A DNA stretch of 64,000 bases from Polyangiaceae bacterium (lineage in GTDB: Bacteria > Myxococcota_A > Polyangia > Polyangiales > Polyangiaceae), in assembly GCA_044376115.1 (NCBI GenBank), contig JBILLK010000006.1:32001-96000 (forward strand), given 5' to 3'. Shown one piece after another: positions 34,891 to 43,595 of this stretch (its first letter is position 1; each line of letters begins with the position of its first letter). The position numbers were made by a program, and so were the translations under genes. Below the pieces are notes generated by a model that worked only from the letters and a program-made list of their open reading frames with translations, had not been told where the DNA came from and made no database searches.

Positions 34891-36375
34891 GTGATACGCA
34901 TTCCCTCTGCGCCTGGTCCCAGCCCGCTGCCCGTACTCGGGGTCACGGCTCGCGCTCTCGATTGGATTCTCGACCCGATTGGCACTGCAGGGAGGCTGTT
35001 TGCGCGCTACGGCAACGTCGCCTCGATCGTACGAGGGCCGTTGCGTATCGCCAGCCCGGGCCCAACACCGGCGATCCCTTGGCTCGAGCGGACGAACGGC
35101 GCTGGAGTGGTATGCGTCAATAGCGCTGAGCTCAATCGTGAGGTGCTCAATGGTCACGATCGCTACTTCATGATCGCCCTCTCAGGCCGCTTATTCCCAA
35201 GGGAGCTCGAGCCGAAGGAGCGAGAACGGCCGGTTACGCGGCTGATGACCGGCCTGTTCCACGTAAACGGCGCCGAGCATCGCAAGCACCGACGACTGCT
35301 GATGCCGGCCTTCGCCAAGACACGCATCGATGCCTATCACGCCGATATGGTGCGCATCACCAATGACGTGCTCGAGAACTATCGCGTAGGCACGACCCGA
35401 GATGTCCATGCCGACTTGACCGAGCTCACGCTGCGCATCGCGACCACGACGCTGTTTGGCGAGGACGAGGGCGCGCGCGGGGTCGAGCTCGCGAGGATCA
35501 TGCAGACCTGGCTGCTTACGATGATGTCGCCGAAGATGTTATTGCGACTGGACGCGCCCAGGCTCCCGTACAGGCGCTTTCTCGAGCTTACGGCGCAGAT
35601 CGATCGAGAGACGTTGGCCATGGTGCGTGCTCGCAAAGAGCGCCCTGCGGGGCCGGATATGCTCTCGATGCTGCTGGCCGCTCGCGATGAAGACGGCAGC
35701 GCGCTCGATGAAGACGAGCTGGTTGGTCACGCCGGTGTCATCTTTGCCGCCGGTCATGAGACCAGCACCAACGCTCTCGCCTGGACCTTGCTCCTGCTCT
35801 CACAACATCCCGAGGTGATGCGCGAACTCGAGGACGAGCTTGCGCCTTTGGGTGGAGCTCCACCCAGCGTGGAGGAGCTGTCTCGTCTTCCGCTCTTGGA
35901 GGCGGTGGTCAAGGAGAGCCTACGGCTCTTGCCACCCGTCCCTATCCACCCCCGGCTCGTGGCGCAGGACTCCGAGCTCGGTGGGCACTTCTTGCCCGCA
36001 GGCAGCGAAGTCTTTTTATCGATCTATCACCTGCATCACGACCCCGACATCTTCCCCGACCCGAAGGTGTTTCGTCCACGCCGCTGGGAGACAGCGCGGC
36101 CTTCGGTCTATGAGTACAATCCCTTCAGCGCTGGGCCCCGCATGTGTATTGGCGCGGCGTTTGCGATGCTCGAGATCAAACTGGTCTTGGCGATGTTGCT
36201 CAGCCGCTTTCGCTATCAGCTACCTGCCAATACCCGCATCGACCCGCGGGTTGCCATCACCATGGCGCCTAGCAAAGGTTTGCAGATGACCTTGGGGCCG
36301 CGGCGGATGGCGTCCCGCTTACCGAACCGGGTGGGTGGTCGCGTTCGTCAGTTAGCGCAATGGCCGGAGTGGTGA
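34891..36375 (+). CDS. Cytochrome P450
   Basis: I-helix AAGHETS, ExxR (KESLR), FRPRRW, heme motif FSAGPRMCIG. Confidence 0.96.
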   Translation: MIRIPSAPGPSPLPVLGVTARALDWILDPIGTAGRLFARYGNVASIVRGPLRIASPGPTPAIPWLERTNGAGVVCVNSAELNREVLNGHDRYFMIALSGRLFPRELEPKERERPVTRLMTGLFHVNGAEHRKHRRLLMPAFAKTRIDAYHADMVRITNDVLENYRVGTTRDVHADLTELTLRIATTTLFGEDEGARGVELARIMQTWLLTMMSPKMLLRLDAPRLPYRRFLELTAQIDRETLAMVRARKERPAGPDMLSMLLAARDEDGSALDEDELVGHAGVIFAAGHETSTNALAWTLLLLSQHPEVMRELEDELAPLGGAPPSVEELSRLPLLEAVVKESLRLLPPVPIHPRLVAQDSELGGHFLPAGSEVFLSIYHLHHDPDIFPDPKVFRPRRWETARPSVYEYNPFSAGPRMCIGAAFAMLEIKLVLAMLLSRFRYQLPANTRIDPRVAITMAPSKGLQMTLGPRRMASRLPNRVGGRVRQLAQWPEW

Positions 36376-36393
36376 CGTCGCAGTTCGGCTTGG

Positions 36394-37530
36394 TTGCTTA
36401 GGTGCGGGGCGAACGTTAACGTGCACAGCGTGTCACTCGAGGCAGCGCAGGCGTTGGCGGATTGGAGCTACGAGCAGGCCAAAGAGGAGGCAGAATCGAG
36501 CGTCGTGCGTTGGGAGTGGGCGAGCTTTACTCGCTATTCGCTCGAGCCCTGCTACTTCGAGATAAATCGCTATCGCCGCGGGGACCCGCTAAGCGAAGAG
36601 CCGGACCCGCCGCTAAATGGTGCGCGAGGTCACGGCTTTGATGCCGCGGGCTGTCTGCGTGTTGAGCGCCAACAAACGAACGAGCCAGGTTCCTACTACG
36701 AAACCTTCTACGCCACGCGCCCAGGAGGGACTGCGCGGCGTCACTTTGACCACCTGCCGAGCAAGCATGAGATCAACTCATCTTTCTTCGAGCAGGAGGG
36801 TGAGCAGGTCTCCCGCATCGATACCGTTTATCGGGGTGGCAAGCAGCTTAGCGAGACCTTTTCGTACGATAGCGAGGGCCGGCTCATCACAATCGAGCGA
36901 CGTGGTTCTGGGGACGTCCACGAGTTTCGTGATGTTGAGTGGGATGAACTCGGCTTGGTGCGAGTGTTTCGTCGCTGGCCAAACGGCAAGCGCGCGCTCG
37001 AGTTCGAGAAGCCGCGCCCGGGCCAAACGCTCGCTCAACGCGGCGAGCTACTGAGCGCTGGCCTTACGAAAGCGATTCGAATGGCTATCGAGCAACGCGG
37101 GCACGGCGCGCCGATATGCGCATTAGCGCTTTGGTGGCGTACGGCGGACTACCAGGTCCGCTTTCCTCCTCACGTAGCTCTGCTCTCGAGTGAAAAGCGC
37201 GAGGCCGTACTCGCGCGGAACCAAGCGGGTGCACCTGGGATTTGGAATCCCAGCGAATGGAGCGAGCTGCAGCTCGAGCTAGGCCCTGAGCTCACCCTGA
37301 TGTGTCAGCTCATCAGCAAGGACGTTTGGCTTAACGCCTTGCAGGAGGAGGCGAGCGCGCTGCTGCGCGTTACGGCCAAAGCGCTGAGCGAGCTACCCGA
37401 AGCTACGACGAGCGATGAGTTCGTCGCCTACGCCATAGCGGTTGACGGAGCCAGCTCCCCCGCGGAGCAACTAAAGACCCAACTTGCTCCTGCGCTGAGG
37501 AGCAAGTTGGAGGAACGCGGCCTGCTTTAG
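36394..37530 (+). CDS. Hypothetical protein with YD-like beta repeats and a distinct C-terminal alpha/beta domain
   Basis: Long ORF filling the gap; FDAAGCL and FSYDSEGRLITI resemble YD repeats. Start uncertain (GTG 36421 possible). Confidence 0.6.
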   Translation: MLRCGANVNVHSVSLEAAQALADWSYEQAKEEAESSVVRWEWASFTRYSLEPCYFEINRYRRGDPLSEEPDPPLNGARGHGFDAAGCLRVERQQTNEPGSYYETFYATRPGGTARRHFDHLPSKHEINSSFFEQEGEQVSRIDTVYRGGKQLSETFSYDSEGRLITIERRGSGDVHEFRDVEWDELGLVRVFRRWPNGKRALEFEKPRPGQTLAQRGELLSAGLTKAIRMAIEQRGHGAPICALALWWRTADYQVRFPPHVALLSSEKREAVLARNQAGAPGIWNPSEWSELQLELGPELTLMCQLISKDVWLNALQEEASALLRVTAKALSELPEATTSDEFVAYAIAVDGASSPAEQLKTQLAPALRSKLEERGLL

Positions 37531-38648
37531 CCGGCCGCTGCTGCGGCAACGATCGCGCAGGCAGTTCCGATCGAGAGCGCTGGTACCGCCCATAGCAGCA
37601 CCAAGAAGAGCTGCTCTTGGATCCAACGGCCAAACCACCGGCGCGCCAGGTCGAAGCGGAAGAGCGCAATGTCCACCACCAGGCCAACCCCAAGAGTGAA
37701 GTAGTTGAGCCCAAATAGGCGGGTAACGGTGTTGTCGCCCGAGGCCACCGTTTCGTAGGCCGCGTTGATCGTAAAGTTGAGCGCAATGATGGCGAAGAGG
37801 CCACCGATGAGCACGTTCGCTAGCTCAAAGGCCTCTACTTTGAAGGTGCCGTCTTCCTCTACTTGATGGAGCCAAATAGAGAGTAGCGGGATCAGCAGCG
37901 CAGAGAAGAGCGGAATGAAAACCGTGGCGAGCACGACGGCCCAATCCCTTTGAACCCATAATCCGGCTACAACCCGCGAGTGGAAGGTGCCATGCCAACC
38001 AGAGACAGGAGACCTCCTTAGATCCACGACCTGCGGCAGCCAACCTTGCACCTCGAGCCCGCGCGCAGCGTGGCTGTAGGCTACGTCGTCCTGGTGGTAG
38101 TCGAGCACCACTTTGTCGAAGGTTGCGCCGCGCACGACCACCTCGACCTCGAGTGGATGGCGGTCGAAAGGAAAGCGCTGAACGCGGAACGGTGTACGAA
38201 AGGTACCCGTCGTACGTTCGAGCAACTCGACCTCTCCGTCAGCCGTCGTTTGTAGACCGCGCTCGCGAAAAGATGGCTCGCCGACCATATTGCCGAGGGC
38301 GATTTCTGGAAACCAAATCGTAGTTAGCGCGGATTCTACCTCTGCCCCGCGGATATCGAGCGGCTCCTTGCCTCGCAGTTGTGGGTCCTCCCAACGCAGC
38401 CGCAGATCGACTGTCGCGGTGAAGGTACCAGCGTTCTCGTCGACCTCGCTCACCTCGATGTACTGCAACCCAGTGCGAATGACGACGGGGAGGCCCTTGG
38501 CGGTGGGGACTGGAAGGGAGGGGGTTCCTTGTGCGGGTGCATCCGCCGAAGAACTCGCTTGAACCCAGCGCGTTACCAGCAGCACCAGCAGCACCAGCGA
38601 CGAACACAAAAGAACGACGAGCCGCGCGGCCTGACTGCGGCGCTTCAT
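37527..38648 (-). CDS. Prokaryotic pentameric ligand-gated ion channel (Cys-loop/Pro-loop family, GLIC/ELIC-like)
   Basis: N-terminal hydrophobic signal; ECD motifs SEVDENAGTFTATVDLRLRWEDPQL, IWFPEI, Pro-loop RFPFDRHPL, GW, and pre-M1 VQR; M1 with Pro (VFIPL) and three more TM helices. ATG 38648 overlaps the upstream stop. Confidence 0.88.
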   Translation of the reverse strand: MKRRSQAARLVVLLCSSLVLLVLLVTRWVQASSSADAPAQGTPSLPVPTAKGLPVVIRTGLQYIEVSEVDENAGTFTATVDLRLRWEDPQLRGKEPLDIRGAEVESALTTIWFPEIALGNMVGEPSFRERGLQTTADGEVELLERTTGTFRTPFRVQRFPFDRHPLEVEVVVRGATFDKVVLDYHQDDVAYSHAARGLEVQGWLPQVVDLRRSPVSGWHGTFHSRVVAGLWVQRDWAVVLATVFIPLFSALLIPLLSIWLHQVEEDGTFKVEAFELANVLIGGLFAIIALNFTINAAYETVASGDNTVTRLFGLNYFTLGVGLVVDIALFRFDLARRWFGRWIQEQLFLVLLWAVPALSIGTACAIVAAAAAG

Positions 38649-39790
38649 GTCTCCTCCTGGGTGGCTGGCTCCGAGTTGCTCGCAGCCTTGGTGCGTAGCG
38701 TTTCGTGCGCTGCGGCGAGCTCCTGCAGCTCTTCGCACATCTCGTCGGCGCCCTCGATCGCCGCTTCGTGGTTTCCGGAGGCGAGCGCTTGGAGCTTCTC
38801 CCCGACCTCGCGCAGCGGGCGAAGCACCATACCGCGCAGGACCACCAGGATGGCGCCCACGCACACCACGATGCCAAACAGCGTAATGAGCGCCTGCCAA
38901 GCAACAGTTTCGGAGCTAGCGGCGCGCGAGCCCGCGAAGTCACCGGCAATGGCGATAACGCCAAGCTCCTTACCAGCATAGTTCCGTACCGGAATAACCA
39001 ATACGCCATAGGGTAGGCCGCCGGCCTCGCGTACATACTTTTGTTCGCCCCCGCCGCTCAGATCGCGATCGGTCACGAGCTGTCGCATCCGCTCCAGGTG
39101 AGTCGTGTGGACACGGATGTACTTGCCGACCCGATTTTCGTCGGTGAACACGTCTCCCGGTAAGTTGGTAGCCGTCGCGCGCAGCGGTTGCTCCTCGATA
39201 TAGAGGGCTACGTCGAAGCCGTATTGCGCTTTGAGCCCATCGAGCAGCGGGGCGAAGTCGAGACCAAACTCGAATACCCCAATCTCGCCAGCGCCATCCC
39301 GCACTGGAGCGACTCCAAAGATGCCTGCTCCCGAGCGACTGATCGATACCCCTTTAAGACTGAGGTGGTCTTTGAAACACTCAACGATCATCGGCCGAAA
39401 GCTCTGGACGTCATCGCCAAACTTCTCTGGGTCGTTAAGGCGCAAGAAGGATGTCGTGGGCGGTACGAAGAACTGCGCCTGCGCGACTCCGAATCGATTC
39501 TGTTGGCCCTCGAACATGAGCGACGTCTCATCGAGCAGCTCCTCGCGCAGGCCCGCGCGCAACTTCTCTTGGATCGAGGGCAAAGACGCGACCAACTCGG
39601 CGCGAGCGAGCGCCTTTGACTCCGTCTCCGCCATCCCGTTGACGACGATCGCGCGCATGAGCTGGAAGCGACTCTCTTCAACTGAGCCGATCAACCCGCT
39701 GGACATGCGGTTGTTGATGAGGGCCGACAGAACAAGGATCAGCACCAAGGTACTGATGAGCGCTGCGGGCGCACTGACGCGAACTTTCAT
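38645..39790 (-). CDS. Membrane sensor with extracytoplasmic Cache-type domain and HAMP, no output domain
   Basis: TM1; Cache-like SFLRLNDPEKFGDD..FRPMI, GIFGVAPV..IGVFEFG, VIPVRNYAGKELGVI; TM2; HAMP VLRPLREV..LASGN..DEMCEELQELAAA; ends about 20 aa later. Confidence 0.85.
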   Translation of the reverse strand: MKVRVSAPAALISTLVLILVLSALINNRMSSGLIGSVEESRFQLMRAIVVNGMAETESKALARAELVASLPSIQEKLRAGLREELLDETSLMFEGQQNRFGVAQAQFFVPPTTSFLRLNDPEKFGDDVQSFRPMIVECFKDHLSLKGVSISRSGAGIFGVAPVRDGAGEIGVFEFGLDFAPLLDGLKAQYGFDVALYIEEQPLRATATNLPGDVFTDENRVGKYIRVHTTHLERMRQLVTDRDLSGGGEQKYVREAGGLPYGVLVIPVRNYAGKELGVIAIAGDFAGSRAASSETVAWQALITLFGIVVCVGAILVVLRGMVLRPLREVGEKLQALASGNHEAAIEGADEMCEELQELAAAHETLRTKAASNSEPATQEET

Positions 39791-39902
39791 GGGCCGGTTC
39801 TAGCGGGCGCTGACGCGAAATGCACCACTCTGACCGTAGTTCCGCCAACAATTCGCTGTGCGGACGATGCGAACGTCGCCCCGTTGGGGCGCAGGCCACC
39901 GC

Positions 39903-40466
39903 TCAGACGGGCTTGCAGTACGGCGGATTTTGGCCGTTGCAACCGGCGCCGTTGTTTGGACAATCCGCTGGGTTGGGCGGGCAGGGGACCGAGCACTTAG
40001 GCCCCATACCGAAGACGTGGCACTCACCAACGAATCCGCCAGCGTCGCAGCAGGTGTCGACGGCCGGGTCGCATACAAGTGCAAAGTCGATGCAGCTTGG
40101 TCCACCGCCCGCGCCGCCCGTCCCGCCCGCCCCGCCTGAGTTCGAGCCGCCCGCGCCACCAATCCCGCCCGCCCCACCGGAGTTCAAGCCGCCCGCGCCG
40201 CCCGCGCCGCCAATCCCGCCCGCCCCGCCTGCGTTCGAGCCGCCCGCGCCACCAATCCCGCCCGCGCCGCCTGAGCTCGAGCCGCCCGTCCCGCCCGCGC
40301 CGCCGGAGTTTGCGCTGCCCCCACCGCCGGAGTTGGAACCGCCCGAGTTGCTGGTAGCTCCACCCGCCCCACCGGTTTGCGTCGTGCTGGTGGAGCTGCT
40401 GTCACCGCAATTCACGAGTGCGCACAGGCTCAGAACAAGGGCATTGTGACGGTACTCGTACTTCAT
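39903..40466 (-). CDS. Gly-rich lipoprotein with a small Cys-rich C-terminal domain
   Basis: Lipobox-like LVNC, long GGAGG repeat linker, and about 55 aa with 10 Cys. Confidence 0.75.
   Translation of the reverse strand: MKYEYRHNALVLSLCALVNCGDSSSTSTTQTGGAGGATSNSGGSNSGGGGSANSGGAGGTGGSSSGGAGGIGGAGGSNAGGAGGIGGAGGAGGLNSGGAGGIGGAGGSNSGGAGGTGGAGGGPSCIDFALVCDPAVDTCCDAGGFVGECHVFGMGPKCSVPCPPNPADCPNNGAGCNGQNPPYCKPV
40103..40345. repeat. Degenerate tandem repeats (about 42 bp) encoding (S/N)GGAGG(I/T)GGAGG
   Basis: Repeated CCGCCCGCGCC(A/G)CCAATCCCGCCCGC units. Confidence 0.75.
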
Positions 40467-40568
40467 CTGCTACGCCGGCCTCAGCCTCACCGTACCGCAG
40501 GATGGCACTACCATTGACGGCTAATTGAAGGACCGAAGTGCCAAGGTTGCTCATGTAAGCTCCCTCGC

Positions 40569-43500
40569 GTGACCCACTCCGAAGAGGAACTCAAAGCAAC
40601 CTGCGCGAAGCTGCTCGTCGAAGGTCGAAGCGTTGAAGCGTTGGAGCGCTTGCAGAGCGCAGGGGTTGCTACCTCCGGTAGCGTTGAGTCGTTGCTAATC
40701 ATGGCGGACGCGCTCGAGCAGCTCGGGCGCTCCGAGGAAGCGATCTCCCAGCTGGAGGCCAACTTCAAACGCTTGTCTGACCCTGGGCTGCTGATCCGAG
40801 CAGCAGGGCTCGCGTCTTCGTTGCATGACCGGCCGACACGCAACCGCTTGCTTCAAGAGGCCTTGGCCCTCTATCCCGATTCCTGCGCCGTGTCGGCGGC
40901 GCTGGCCGACGCTGCCTCTGAGGATGGTGACATTGATCGCTCGCTCGTGTTTCGACGTCAGGCTATCGCACTATCTCAGTCGAACCAGGTACGGATGGAG
41001 TTTACGACCGCGCTTTGTTCCGAGTTGTGTGCCCTCGGTAGACCTCGGGAGGCTTGGGAGCTGTTGCGTCGTCCGCCCGCTCCGGTTGCGAGTACCCTGC
41101 CGCTCGATTCGGCGCGGCTCGCAAGTGCGAACTACTTTCTCCCGGAACTGGGAGCAAACGTCGAGGAAACGCGTAAACAGCTGCAACTGATCGCCGACGA
41201 CCATCGCTGCTTCGGTAATCAGCACGCGACGCCCTATGCGATTGAGTCGCGCAGAGCCCTGACCGGCAAGAAGCGAAAGCTTCGATTGGGCTATATCTCT
41301 CCGGACTTTCGCAACCACTCTGTGGCGCGGTTCATTGTGCCGTTGCTGCGCGCGCACGATCGTAGCGCGTTTGAACTCTATGCCTTATCGACTGCACGAG
41401 AGCCGGCCGACACGACAACAGCGTTGATTGCGTCCCTGGTGGATCACTTTCAGGCATTACCTGATGGTGATGCTGTCTTGGCTGCTCGGCGGGTCGCAGA
41501 GTGTTCGCTCGACATCGTGATTGACCTCGCTGGGCATACTGCGCCTCATCAGCTTGAGATCCTCGCGTCGCGGGTCGCACCGCTGCAATTGTCCTTCCTC
41601 GGCTACCCGCATGGCACCGGCCTATCGGAGATCGATGGCTTCATCACGGATGGGGTGGCCTCTCCCGCGTCGGCGGATGAGTTCGCCTTGGAGCCCCTTT
41701 TGCGATTGACGCATACAGCTTGGACCTTTGACCCGCAGGTTCCAGACCTCGCGACCGAACGCTCCGAAGGGGAAGGGATCGTCTTCGGTGCATTTCACAA
41801 TCTCGCCAAGATCACCGACGGGATGCTCAACGTTTGGTCGCGAGTTCTCACCTCCGTCCCCGGCGCCAAACTCGCGATCGGCTTTCGCACGAAAACAGAG
41901 GAAGGGCGGAGTTCGCTCGAGGCTCGGCTCGTGGCAGCTGGGATCCCGCTTCACGTCGTTCAGTTTTATCCACCTATCGGTTCCCGTGAGGCGCACCTTG
42001 CCCGGCTACGGTCCGTGGACATTGTCCTCGACACGTTTCCCTATGCCGGAACGACGACTACTTGCGAGGCGCTTTGGATGGGCGTACCGGTCGTCACGCT
42101 CGCTGGTCAGTCGCATGCGAGTAGGGTAGGGGCGAGTCTCTTGTCGGCGGTGGGGCTCGACTCGCTCGTGGCGACCGACGCTCAGCAATATATCGAACGC
42201 GCCGTCGAGCTTGCTGAGGATGAGCCACGGCGGTTGGAACTTCGGTCGACGTTGCGCGAGCGAATGCGCCTCTCGCACTTGGGGAACGCGAGTCTTTTCG
42301 CGCGTTCGATCGAGGGGCTCTATCGAGCTGAGCTTCAGCGAGCGAAGGCGCAACCAGGGTTCGATTTGCTCGCTACCGGTAAGGCGCGGCGAGCCACGGT
42401 TGACTCATTGAGTGTGGTACTGCCGGGCACCTTGAACGATCCGGCTTCGTTCATGACGGTGGAGCAAGGTCGAGTGGATGATGGGGAGCTCCGACTGGCG
42501 CTTCAAGCCGTTGGTCCTGCGGCGAGCCTCGTGGAGGTGTTCGCAGGGGCGGGGCTTTCGACCTTGGCAATGGCGCGCGCAGTAAGCGCTCCGGGGACGG
42601 TCCACCTGATTGAACCGACGCCTACTGCGCAATTGGAGGCGACGCTGTCTGCGGTTGCGCCCACGCTGCTACGCAGGAGTAAGTTGCTCCCGGGGCGTGG
42701 ACCAGGGGCGCGTTGGGTTGGGCCCGAACAACTACCAGTGGCTGCGCTCGATGACGTGGTGAAGGCGGACGCAGCTCTTTTGCGGGTGGGAGGGCCAGGC
42801 GCCGAGCTAGAGGTGTTGGCCGGTGCTCAGCGTTTGCTGAAGGCGGGGGCGATTGTCATGTTGACGCGCTTTTGGCAGCCGCTCGATCCGCCGCTATTGG
42901 CTTATCTGGAGGCGTGCGGACTTACGCTGTACAGCCTTGTGCCGATGGTTTCTGCCTTGGCCAAGGTGGGCCGGCAAGCGCAACGCGGGGTGCTCTTTGC
43001 CCTCTCCGCTGCTGCGCGAAAACGTTTTCCTGGGCTGCCAGTGGTGGATGAGCTGAAGTCGAACGGCCCACTGCCTGTCGCTAGCGCTAACGAGCTATTG
43101 CGCGGCCCCCTCGACAAAGGCCTGTCCGTCGGAATCAGCGCGTATCTTGGCGCGAGCGATGCCGCGCTCCCAGTGGCTGAACGGGTTGCCTTCTTGCGTG
43201 CCGCCATCAGCGAGTTTCGTCGCGCTGTCGAGCAGAAGCCAAAGTGCATCTACAGGCGCGCCAATCTGAGCAGAGCGTTACTGTCGTTGGGCAGCGCGGC
43301 GGAGGTAGGGCCGGTGCTCGAACCGATGATGGCTCTCATCGATACAGTGTTCCCCGAGCCGGAGGAGGCGTACTTGCCTATCGTAGCCCGCTATGACGAG
43401 CTGCGGGAGCGCCCGTTGGATTGGCTGCGTGCTCAGTTGATCGAGGCGTTCGTAAAGTCGAGCGCGCCGAGCACGTTCTTTCACCTGCCAGCATTCATGA

Positions 43501-43595
43501 GTCTGTTCTCGAGATTTGAGGCTCTGGGTTTTCCAGACGCTGAAATGGCTCGGCGCGGTTCGCTGTTACGCTCACGCGCGGCTCGCGCTTCTTAG
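40569..43595 (+). CDS. GT41 SPINDLY/OGT-like protein glycosyltransferase fused to a degenerate FkbM-like methyltransferase domain
   Basis: N-terminal TPR-like helices; LRLGYISPDFRNHSV, IDLAGHT, APLQLSFLGYP, FGAFHNLAKI, LDTFPYAGTTTTCEALWMGVPVVTL; then LVEVFAGAG..HLIEP..ALDD..GAELEVLAGA. Confidence 0.88.
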   Translation: MTHSEEELKATCAKLLVEGRSVEALERLQSAGVATSGSVESLLIMADALEQLGRSEEAISQLEANFKRLSDPGLLIRAAGLASSLHDRPTRNRLLQEALALYPDSCAVSAALADAASEDGDIDRSLVFRRQAIALSQSNQVRMEFTTALCSELCALGRPREAWELLRRPPAPVASTLPLDSARLASANYFLPELGANVEETRKQLQLIADDHRCFGNQHATPYAIESRRALTGKKRKLRLGYISPDFRNHSVARFIVPLLRAHDRSAFELYALSTAREPADTTTALIASLVDHFQALPDGDAVLAARRVAECSLDIVIDLAGHTAPHQLEILASRVAPLQLSFLGYPHGTGLSEIDGFITDGVASPASADEFALEPLLRLTHTAWTFDPQVPDLATERSEGEGIVFGAFHNLAKITDGMLNVWSRVLTSVPGAKLAIGFRTKTEEGRSSLEARLVAAGIPLHVVQFYPPIGSREAHLARLRSVDIVLDTFPYAGTTTTCEALWMGVPVVTLAGQSHASRVGASLLSAVGLDSLVATDAQQYIERAVELAEDEPRRLELRSTLRERMRLSHLGNASLFARSIEGLYRAELQRAKAQPGFDLLATGKARRATVDSLSVVLPGTLNDPASFMTVEQGRVDDGELRLALQAVGPAASLVEVFAGAGLSTLAMARAVSAPGTVHLIEPTPTAQLEATLSAVAPTLLRRSKLLPGRGPGARWVGPEQLPVAALDDVVKADAALLRVGGPGAELEVLAGAQRLLKAGAIVMLTRFWQPLDPPLLAYLEACGLTLYSLVPMVSALAKVGRQAQRGVLFALSAAARKRFPGLPVVDELKSNGPLPVASANELLRGPLDKGLSVGISAYLGASDAALPVAERVAFLRAAISEFRRAVEQKPKCIYRRANLSRALLSLGSAAEVGPVLEPMMALIDTVFPEPEEAYLPIVARYDELRERPLDWLRAQLIEAFVKSSAPSTFFHLPAFMSLFSRFEALGFPDAEMARRGSLLRSRAARAS

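Noticed and set aside
38649..38900. N-terminal 84 aa of the 457-aa ORF in the track
   Set aside because: Out-of-frame overlap with the Cache-HAMP gene; ATG 38648 with ATGA coupling and a signal-like segment is the better start.
32954..43595. Possible horizontally acquired island (codon usage looks less GC3-biased in places)
   Set aside because: Impression only and not computed; no integrase, tRNA or flanking direct repeats were seen.
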